48,329 bases of DNA. Origin: Hadesarchaea archaeon. Its GTDB lineage: Archaea > Hadarchaeota > Hadarchaeia > Hadarchaeales > Hadarchaeaceae. Position 1 is the stretch's first letter, and each line of letters begins with the position of its first letter. The notes beneath the pieces were generated by a model, which was given only the letters and a program-made list of their open reading frames with translations, was not told the origin of the DNA and made no database searches. Position numbers and translations under genes: made by a program. Below are positions 27,881-34,079 of this stretch, piece after piece. The stretch is taken from assembly GCA_030672285.1 (NCBI GenBank), contig DAOVGS010000056.1:1-48329 (forward strand). Reading direction: 5' to 3'.

Positions 27881-29458
27881 GTGCCCATAGTACTGACTGC
27901 CTCTGTAATAGAGATGAGTGATTTTAATTTGAATCCCTTCATCGCATTCACGGGGGGCTTTCCATCAAAAATAATCCCAATAAAAATTTTGAGGAAATAC
28001 TGGTATCCGATAACGCCCAACAATGACGATGGTGGCGCTCGCTTCGCCCCCTATGGATTGAGGAAAATAGAAGCCCTATTGATCGAGGAATTTGGGGAGG
28101 ATAACGTTGCAACCTGCACCCCCTATAACCTTGGCAAATTTGTGGGCCCAAAGACAAAGGCTGTTGGAATCTCGACGATGGATCCATTGGGCATCGGGTT
28201 TGTCAGCCGAACTTACACTTCTCTGGTGGGTTTTGGCGATGAACCCCTCGCGGCGGCTGAGTTTAGAAATTTGATGAAGCGCCGCATTTGGAAGAGGCAC
28301 AAGCCAAAAATTATAGTGGGAGGTTCCGGCGCTTGGCAAATCGTCAGGGGAAACATGCAGGATAGGTATGGGATAAATACGGTGATGATAGGGGAAGGCG
28401 ACCGCTCCGCGCTGGAGATATTTAGAAATGCAATGAATGACGAACCGCTGCCAAAGATCGTCGAAACGGAGAAGCCGGAGCTAGAGGAAATCCCAACGAT
28501 AAAAAAGCCAGCGCTATTTGGTGTGGTTGAGATAACCCGGGGCTGCGGCAAGGGATGTCAGTTCTGTTCGCCCACGATGCGGACGAGATATTCGTTTCCC
28601 CTAGGAAAAATTAAAAAGGAGGCGGAACTCAACGCGCGTGCAGGTTCGAGAATGATCGTGTTGCAGACAGATGACATATTTCTCTATAAATGCGGCGAGC
28701 GATTTGTTCCTAACAGACAGGCCATCGTTGAGTTGATAGAAACGGTTGCCAAAATACCTAATGTCGAGTATTTACAACCTGCACACGCCGCTCTACCTCC
28801 AGTTGCGTGCGATTCAAAAATGATCGAGGAAATTGCGCCGACGCTTGTGGAGAAAAGCAGATGGAGATACAACGGAAAAAAAGTGGCTTCAGTTGAAGTT
28901 GGTATAGAAACTGGAAGCGTGAGGTTGATCGAAAAACACATGCGAGGCAAGCCGCTGCCGTACGAAGCAAAAGACTGGTGCGAAGTGGTCACTCAAGCAG
29001 TCGGCATCCTCAATGATAATGACATTTGTCCACTGGCGACGCTTGTTGTCGGTCTGCCTGGCGAGGAGGAAAAAGACACGCTTGCGACGATGGAGCTCGT
29101 GGATAAGTTGAAGGGAGCGAAATTGTTTTACGTTCCACTATTTTTCACGTCCGAGGAGGAATGTCTGCTGGGCGATGCAAGGCAGGCGGATTTACATCAC
29201 CTGACAGATTTGCATTGGGATTTCTTTGCGACATGCTGGAAGTACAACATAAAACTCTGGGCCCCTGATAAGCAAGGAAAAATTGCAATGGGTTCGATGT
29301 TTTTGTACATGCTCTATTACAGATGGAAACATGGGGCAAAAGTAGCGCAGCCGATAATGCAGCTTACCGATTTTCCGCGGTCATTGCTCAAGGTTCGCTC
29401 AGGGACTCAACATCGTCATCATGAACCAGCTAAACCAGACTCCTCATCGCGCATGTAA
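27881..29458 (+). CDS. radical SAM protein with an N-terminal B12-binding-like domain
   Basis: CX3CX2C cluster motif ITRGCGKGCQFC, preceded by a Rossmann-like domain. Start taken at GTG 27881 (VPIVLTAS...), downstream of a TTATAAA box at 27831-27837. Confidence 0.7.
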   Translation: MPIVLTASVIEMSDFNLNPFIAFTGGFPSKIIPIKILRKYWYPITPNNDDGGARFAPYGLRKIEALLIEEFGEDNVATCTPYNLGKFVGPKTKAVGISTMDPLGIGFVSRTYTSLVGFGDEPLAAAEFRNLMKRRIWKRHKPKIIVGGSGAWQIVRGNMQDRYGINTVMIGEGDRSALEIFRNAMNDEPLPKIVETEKPELEEIPTIKKPALFGVVEITRGCGKGCQFCSPTMRTRYSFPLGKIKKEAELNARAGSRMIVLQTDDIFLYKCGERFVPNRQAIVELIETVAKIPNVEYLQPAHAALPPVACDSKMIEEIAPTLVEKSRWRYNGKKVASVEVGIETGSVRLIEKHMRGKPLPYEAKDWCEVVTQAVGILNDNDICPLATLVVGLPGEEEKDTLATMELVDKLKGAKLFYVPLFFTSEEECLLGDARQADLHHLTDLHWDFFATCWKYNIKLWAPDKQGKIAMGSMFLYMLYYRWKHGAKVAQPIMQLTDFPRSLLKVRSGTQHRHHEPAKPDSSSRM

Positions 29459-29504
29459 AAATTCCGCCATCTAGACTTAAGGCTTTCGCGCCACAGGCGA
29501 GCGT

Positions 29505-30611
29505 TCAATAAACTTTCTCCACGAGTTTCTTCGCCCCGGCTTCGGCACGCTTCCGCTTGGCTTGATGCGCCTTTAAGAACTTTGTCATGAGCTCGATCGC
29601 CAGCGACTTGCATTCGCCGCAAATTATCACCCCAGATTTGCACGCCTTCCTTAAATCTAAGAGCTTCTTATCATCTGGAATGAGGTGATAAACGTAGAGT
29701 TCGTAAACCCTGCACTTGTCCGGGTCGGCTCCATACTTTCGCTGCTCCGCCGCCGTGGGCCTGCCGCCCGTAAAAGCATCTTTAATTTTCTTCTTGATGT
29801 CCTCAGCGCTATCCGTCAGAAAAATCGCCGTCTTTGGCTTGCTGCTCGACATCTTCTCGCCCATCAGGCCGGGTAGGAGGCGGTGGTAGGTGGAAGATGG
29901 GAGCACGAAGCCGAACTCCCGCTGGAAACGAGCCGCCACGTCTCGCGCTAGTCTGAGGTGGGGGTCCTGATCGATGCCCACGGGTACGACGGTCGGGCGT
30001 GGCCCCCCAAACTCCTCCAGCTGGGGATGTAGGATGTCCGCGACGTCAATCATCGGGTAAAAAATATGGGAGATGTTTGACTCTCCCACGAAACCGTAAA
30101 TCGCGCGCATCTCGCTGAAGTTCACCCGCTTGGCCAATAGGAACGCGAGGTGGCGAACGGCATCGCTGCGCGACTGAAAGTAGACGTTACAGCGTCCCAC
30201 ATCCAGCCCGAGCGCTTGATAGTTTGCGAGGTACTCCTCAGCCGCAAGCTTCTTCGACTCCCCGAATGGGATCCCGCGAGCTGAATATGCCTCCAAATCA
30301 GCAACGCAGAGGTAGATGTCTGCTCCCTGTCCCTGATACCATGCCAGCTGATCAATTACCAGCTTGTGACCAACGTGCATTCGGCCGCTCGGCATTAGCC
30401 CCGTCATCACCACGAACTTCTTGTCCTTGAGCATTGCATCGAGTACCCGCCCGAAATCACGGTGGCCGAAGATGACCTTGCGGCGCATTAGGTAGTGAGG
30501 ATTGGGCGCTCGCGCGAGCAGTTTCTCAAAGGGCTCGATGCCGAACTCGCGCATCAGGCGGGCGTAATCCTCGGGTATCGCCGCGCCCCAGGGGTCAATT
30601 CTAATCGGCAT
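29505..30611 (-). CDS. trpS: tryptophan--tRNA ligase
   Basis: IDPWGA...DYARLMREFGIEPF N-terminus typical of archaeal/eukaryal TrpRS. HIGH-type MHVGH and KMSSS motifs; about 368 aa. Confidence 0.8.
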   Translation of the reverse strand: MPIRIDPWGAAIPEDYARLMREFGIEPFEKLLARAPNPHYLMRRKVIFGHRDFGRVLDAMLKDKKFVVMTGLMPSGRMHVGHKLVIDQLAWYQGQGADIYLCVADLEAYSARGIPFGESKKLAAEEYLANYQALGLDVGRCNVYFQSRSDAVRHLAFLLAKRVNFSEMRAIYGFVGESNISHIFYPMIDVADILHPQLEEFGGPRPTVVPVGIDQDPHLRLARDVAARFQREFGFVLPSSTYHRLLPGLMGEKMSSSKPKTAIFLTDSAEDIKKKIKDAFTGGRPTAAEQRKYGADPDKCRVYELYVYHLIPDDKKLLDLRKACKSGVIICGECKSLAIELMTKFLKAHQAKRKRAEAGAKKLVEKVY

Positions 30612-30612
30612 T

Positions 30613-31155
30613 TCAAGGCCTCTCACGGGTCAATGCGTAGTAGGTGACATCCCCCTCATCGTCCACGATCCCCCATAAAATTTTTTTCCTAACACTGTGC
30701 GCGAGTCGAACCGCGCGCGCTAGCTCGGTTGGGGTGAGCTTTATTCCCTCGGGCACCGCGTGAACCAAGAACTTCGAATGCGCCTCCCCCGGCTTCTCGC
30801 CCCTCTCGTAGACGCGGAAGTGCGCCCCGAACTTCAGGCCAGTTTTGATGATGTAGCCGCGAGAGCGAAGATCGGCGTACACGGGATACTTGAGCATCGT
30901 CTCGGGATCACCCTCTGTAAATTTGGCCGAGAGATCTTTGAATTTCAACTGCTTTCCGTCCTCATCGAACACCCGTATCTTCCCCCCCTCCCGTAGGTAG
31001 AGGGCCTCGACCGGCGCGAGCTGAAGCTTCCCCCCGCTCAGGGGCTTGCCGTAAGAGCCCCGCTGATAGAGCTGGTTCGCCTGCGTCTCGTCCCAGACCA
31101 TTATCTTGCCCTTGTACAACTGGGCCTCGACAACAGGGATTTCGGCTTCTTCCAT
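30613..31155 (-). CDS. endA: tRNA-splicing endonuclease (catalytic, about 180 aa form)
   Basis: YADLRSRGYIIKTGLKFGAHFRVYERG...HSKFLVH...VRLAHSVRKK...VDDEGDVTYY is collinear with the M. jannaschii EndA pattern. Confidence 0.9.
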   Translation of the reverse strand: MEEAEIPVVEAQLYKGKIMVWDETQANQLYQRGSYGKPLSGGKLQLAPVEALYLREGGKIRVFDEDGKQLKFKDLSAKFTEGDPETMLKYPVYADLRSRGYIIKTGLKFGAHFRVYERGEKPGEAHSKFLVHAVPEGIKLTPTELARAVRLAHSVRKKILWGIVDDEGDVTYYALTRERP

Positions 31156-31214
31156 GCCGTCCCCTTTTTACACCTATCCACGCGCGGTTAAGAAGGTTGC
31201 TTTTGCAGGAGTTG

Positions 31215-31339
31215 GTCAACAGGGGTGTTGACTTTAAAACTTGACTGGTATTCGTCCTTGAAATAAACAGGGGTGTTTACTACGATTAACAGGGGTGTTG
31301 ATTGAAGAACTGCATATTTCTATAAACAGGGGTGTTTAC
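31215..31339 (+). repeat. four dyad-symmetric boxes with core AACAGGGGTGTT
   Basis: GTCAACAGGGGTGTTGAC (31215-31232), TAAACAGGGGTGTTTAC (31264-31280), TTAACAGGGGTGTTGA (31286-31301), TAAACAGGGGTGTTTAC (31323-31339). The G4 centre has the same orientation in all four. Confidence 0.85.
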
Positions 31340-31514
31340 TAAACCCAAGTGACCCTCGGAGCGCATCTGACCATCGATCTCGGATTATACTGCTGCCTTC
31401 AGCTCGACGGGGACTGGGGGTCGCTGGCCCTCGACTTACCTCTGAGCTCCCGCCAGTACCGCAGACCGAAAACCACCTAAAACACTACTTTTATATAAGC
31501 CCTTAAATATACCA

Positions 31515-31680
31515 ATTGTCGAAGTCCGTATCGACAATCGATACAGACTCACGCTAATACCGGGCGGCGCAGCTGAGACGATGACGAGAGCAAGAAGCTG
31601 AGGCAAAAAACTCTCTTAGCCAATGAATGTTCACCTCCACCCTAGTCGGTGCGGCTGCCCGCCTGGTATTATCGGATTTT
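31515..31680 (+). ncRNA. candidate structured non-coding RNA (unknown family)
   Basis: A TTTTATATAA box at 31489-31498 lies about 25 nt upstream. Perfect 8-bp hairpin ATTGTCGA/TCGACAAT (31515-31538). A 14-bp long-range helix pairs 31559-31573 with 31654-31667. A T5 tract sits at 31675-31679. There is no credible ORF. The strand assignment is tentative. Confidence 0.3.
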
Positions 31681-31708
31681 TGGTTGATGACATTCGGGAA
31701 AATTTTTG

Positions 31709-31843
31709 TGGTGGGGCCGCCAGGATTTGAACCCGGATTTGCAGGTCTCTCTAGCACAGCTCCAATGGGTCATCATCCTTTCGTCAGCAGACCCACAATT
31801 GCCACTGGAGCCTACCGTGCTAGCCAAGTTACACTACGGCCCC
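31709..31843 (-). tRNA. tRNA-Trp (anticodon CCA) with a 58-nt intron at 37/38; CCA encoded
   Basis: Folded by hand. Acceptor GGGGCCG/CGGCCCC; D arm GTGT-AACTTGGCTA-GCAC; anticodon stem GTAGG/CCTGC; loop CTCCAG|intron|A; T arm CCGGG-TTCAAAT-CCTGG; A73-CCA. Confidence 0.9.
31747..31804 (-). ncRNA. tRNA-Trp intron carrying box D' (CTGA) and box C' (ATGATGA) plus 2'-O-methylation guide sequences
   Basis: Intron: TGGCAATTGTGGGTCTG-CTGA-CGAAAGG-ATGATGA-CCCATTGGAGCTGTGCTAGAGAG. The guide upstream of CTGA pairs with the 3' splice junction. Its fifth nucleotide pairs with C39. Confidence 0.65.
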
Positions 31844-31971
31844 GCGAGCTAACATCGCCGCCTGAAAATAAAAGCTTGCCCCGCTACAGCATCGACCCAT
31901 ATCGAGGCTGAACGCGCCTTCGGTCGGATGTTTAATATGGGATGGGGTCAAACATCAAGCGGTGATCGAGC

Positions 31972-32388
31972 TTGCGCGTGAGCGTGAGTATCAGCTACAT
32001 CTCCGCGGAGCGATTCTGGGAGCACGGCAAACCCGCCCCAGCCGGAGTGCACATCTCAACCAACGTCAACATAGTGGGTGTTGAATCGAAAGGCGAGAAG
32101 CTATCCATTCCCTTCGTCGTGACGATCGGCTACACCCCGTCGATCGCGCAGATATCTCTCAAGGGGCAGGCGATTTTATCGGGCAAGCCAGATGAACTTG
32201 AAAAAATCCAAGAGAGTTACAAAACGCAGCGCGCCCCCCCGCCTCAGTTACTTCAATCCATAACCAACGTTTCGCTTATCGAGGCTACCGTGCTTTCCCG
32301 CTCGCTCAACATCCCCCCACCCATCCCGTTGCCGGGCATGCCCAAGCCGCCTAAACCCGGTGATGAGCGCCCGAGCTATGTCGGCTAG
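31972..32388 (+). CDS. hypothetical protein with a Pro-rich C-terminus
   Basis: 138 aa ORF. TTG/GTG start region preceded by GGTGATC. No family recognised. Confidence 0.45.
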   Translation: MRVSVSISYISAERFWEHGKPAPAGVHISTNVNIVGVESKGEKLSIPFVVTIGYTPSIAQISLKGQAILSGKPDELEKIQESYKTQRAPPPQLLQSITNVSLIEATVLSRSLNIPPPIPLPGMPKPPKPGDERPSYVG

Positions 32389-32414
32389 GTTTATGTTCAT
32401 TTCATAGATTTTAG

Positions 32415-32440
32415 TGGCGGGCCGGACGGGATTCCGACCC
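32415..32440 (-). pseudogene. decayed copy of the 3' end of tRNA-Arg(CCG), candidate att remnant
   Basis: GCGGGCCGGACGGGATTC (32417-32434) is identical to 33769-33786. The T-loop is corrupted (TCGGAAT). An encoded CCA is present here, unlike in the intact gene. Confidence 0.7.
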
Positions 32441-32526
32441 AAAATTGCACGGTTTGGGCTGGAGAGTGGATCTACCTTTTTATTTTTTTGTCGAATGTTT
32501 TGTTGCCCGAATAGTAAACCTTAAAT

Positions 32527-32543
32527 GTTATAAAATTTATAAC
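32527..32543. promoter_or_regulatory. perfect 17-bp palindrome GTTATAAAATTTATAAC containing TATA-like cores, 7 nt upstream of the ATG at 32551
   Basis: Read directly. Its position implies a leaderless or very short-leader transcript, and it could be an operator for the wHTH protein it precedes. Confidence 0.5.
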
Positions 32544-32550
32544 GTTATTC

Positions 32551-33519
32551 ATGCTTAGATCCAAGCTTTCGGAGAGGTATTTCTCCCTTGAGCATGCGTT
32601 AGGGCAGAACGAGTTTGGAATCGGCGACGTTGCGGAGTACCTGGGGTTGGGGAACGGCCACGCACGCTTCATCGTGGATAGATTGCTCAAAACTAGATGC
32701 TGCTACCGGGTTTCAAGAGGACGTTATCGCTTGATTGGCGGCCGGGACTGGGTTTCCTTACGGAGATTTTGCATCCTCTTTCCAAAGCTGGCCCCTCAAA
32801 TACTCTCCCTGTTAATGGAATACGTCCAAGAGATTCACTCTGCCCGTCTGTGCGGATCTGTTTACAGGGGTGAGCAGGACCGGCTAAGCGATGTTGACCT
32901 ATTTATCGTTACGAGAAGCAGAGATGCAGGCGCAAAGATAGAACGTATGGCAAAGTCGATGAACAAACATTTTGGAACACGGCTCGCCCCAGATGTTTTC
33001 AGCAGGGATGATTTTGAACGTTTGTGTAGGGGTTCATTTTCCCCATTCGTCACCCTCATCGATTCAATGGTACTAGTCGATGACGGAACATACCGATGCG
33101 CCGTGCTCAGAGGGTTGGAGGAAAACTTCTACGGAATCGTCCAGATGGAGCTGGCGGAGGCGCGGGCTTCCTTCAACGCCTGCCTAAAGGGCGAGAAACG
33201 ACTCACCCTTCGAGACCTGACATATCTGGCGATTGACGCATGGAGGCGAATAGTTGTGGCGGAACTCATGCTTGGGGATGAACCCTTCACAATGTCGGCT
33301 ATCTCAAAAGTGATAGGCTCTGCGTTAGGGCCCAGGTTCAACGAGATAAATCAGCTTTACAGGGCCGAGAAACTTGCGCTGAGCTGCGGTGTGCGCGTGG
33401 CAGTTCGCACACGCATCGGACGACACGAGATTCTCGAAGCATGCGGGGTAGGGCTAAAACGCGCAAAGGAGGTGAAAAGAATTGCCGAAGCGAAAAAAGC
33501 GGCTGCTGAAGGGCGCTAG
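32551..33519 (+). CDS. wHTH + minimal nucleotidyltransferase + C-terminal helical (KNTase_C/HEPN-like) fusion protein
   Basis: N-terminal wHTH (IGDVAEYLGLGNGHARFIVDRLL...RVSRGRYRL). Pol-beta NTase signature CGSVYRGEQDRLSDVDLFIV. The helical C-terminal third contains RTRIGRH (Rx5H). Confidence 0.65.
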   Translation: MLRSKLSERYFSLEHALGQNEFGIGDVAEYLGLGNGHARFIVDRLLKTRCCYRVSRGRYRLIGGRDWVSLRRFCILFPKLAPQILSLLMEYVQEIHSARLCGSVYRGEQDRLSDVDLFIVTRSRDAGAKIERMAKSMNKHFGTRLAPDVFSRDDFERLCRGSFSPFVTLIDSMVLVDDGTYRCAVLRGLEENFYGIVQMELAEARASFNACLKGEKRLTLRDLTYLAIDAWRRIVVAELMLGDEPFTMSAISKVIGSALGPRFNEINQLYRAEKLALSCGVRVAVRTRIGRHEILEACGVGLKRAKEVKRIAEAKKAAAEGR

Positions 33520-33658
33520 AAGCCTTGACCTGCGGGCATGGGAGCACAAGCAGAAGGCCAAACACCTTTCAGGTCACCGAAAACTCTTCGCCCTCAAAGA
33601 AGTGGACATATATGCAAAGCAGGCGAGGAAAAAACGCAAAAAAGCGGGGCGGCGGTGA
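33482..33658 (+). CDS. possible 58-codon highly basic small ORF overlapping the 3' end of the NTase gene
   Basis: Below the ORF-track size cutoff. TTG start 6 nt after a perfect AAGGAGGTGA. Product: (M)PKRKKRLLKGARSLDLRAWEHKQKAKHLSGHRKLFALKEVDIYAKQARKKRKKAGRR. Confidence 0.3.
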   Translation: MPKRKKRLLKGARSLDLRAWEHKQKAKHLSGHRKLFALKEVDIYAKQARKKRKKAGRR

Positions 33659-33709
33659 ACTCACGAGTAGGTTTTCTCAAGTTTCAGTTTATCTCGAGAT
33701 AACCCTTTA

Positions 33710-33740
33710 GTGCTGCAAGCTGGATTCGAACCCGCAACGG
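33710..33740 (-). pseudogene. tRNA T-arm/acceptor-like fragment
   Basis: The minus strand reads GCGGGTTCGAATCCAGCTTGCAGCAC: a TTCGAAT T-loop with one stem mismatch. No 5' half is detectable. Confidence 0.45.
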
Positions 33741-33769
33741 AACCCTCGCTCGAGGTAAACTTGATCAAG

Positions 33770-33862
33770 CGGGCCGGACGGGATTCGAACCCGTGCCGCA
33801 AGCTCCGGAGGCTCGCGTCCTCTCTGGACGTTTTCACATTATCCAGGCTAGACTACCGGCCC
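33770..33862 (-). tRNA. tRNA-Arg (anticodon CCG) with a 19-nt insertion in the D-loop (non-canonical intron)
   Basis: Acceptor GGGCCGG/CCGGCCC; D stem GTCT/GGAC enclosing 29 nt; anticodon arm CGAGC-CTCCGGA-GCTTG; T arm ACGGG-TTCGAAT-CCCGT; G73; no encoded CCA. Removing 33822-33840 gives D-loop AGCCTGGATA, identical to the neighbouring tRNA-Arg. Confidence 0.8.
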
Positions 33863-33933
33863 ATTGCTTAGTGCATCGTGTAGAGAAATAAAGTGTGTAA
33901 AAAAGAATTTTTGGACTAAAAGTTTTGTGCGGG

Positions 33934-34027
33934 TGGCGGGCCCGGAGGGATTCGAACCCCCGATTTCCTGGTTTCTCCCCTGCGAAGGCCGAAGCCAGAT
34001 GTCTTATCCAGGCTAGACCACGGGCCC
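33934..34027 (-). tRNA. tRNA-Arg (anticodon TCG) with a 16-nt canonical 37/38 intron; CCA encoded
   Basis: Acceptor GGGCCCG/CGGGCCC; D arm GTCT-AGCCTGGATA-AGAC; anticodon stem TCTGG/CCAGG; intron CCTTCGCAGGGGAGAA (33973-33988) folds into a bulge-helix-bulge with a 4-bp central helix; T arm GGGGG-TTCGAAT-CCCTC. Confidence 0.9.
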
Positions 34028-34079
34028 CAATTGTTTTTATTGCCCCACATTAGTATTCTTTTCGTGATGGGGTGAACAC

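Noticed and set aside
31215-31339. The four AACAGGGGTGTT boxes as a miniature CRISPR array
   Set aside because: The units are only 16-18 nt, the spacings are irregular (31, 5 and 21 nt between boxes), and no cas genes or leader are present.
31215-31520. Replication origin (ORB boxes plus an A/T-rich stretch at 31480-31515)
   Set aside because: No orc1/cdc6 gene is adjacent. All boxes are in one orientation rather than inverted around an unwinding element. The A/T-rich stretch is short and better read as TATA boxes. This is retained only as an alternative hypothesis in the finding.
31554-31911. ORFs 31554-31757 (-) and 31627-31911 (+)
   Set aside because: Both run through the tRNA-Trp gene and its intron and have no coding signatures. 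The region is better explained by RNA genes.
33525-33710. ORF-track ORF 33525-33710 (+), 61 aa
   Set aside because: No ribosome-binding site, and an odd composition. The alternative frame 33482-33658 has a perfect SD and is listed instead, itself only at low confidence.
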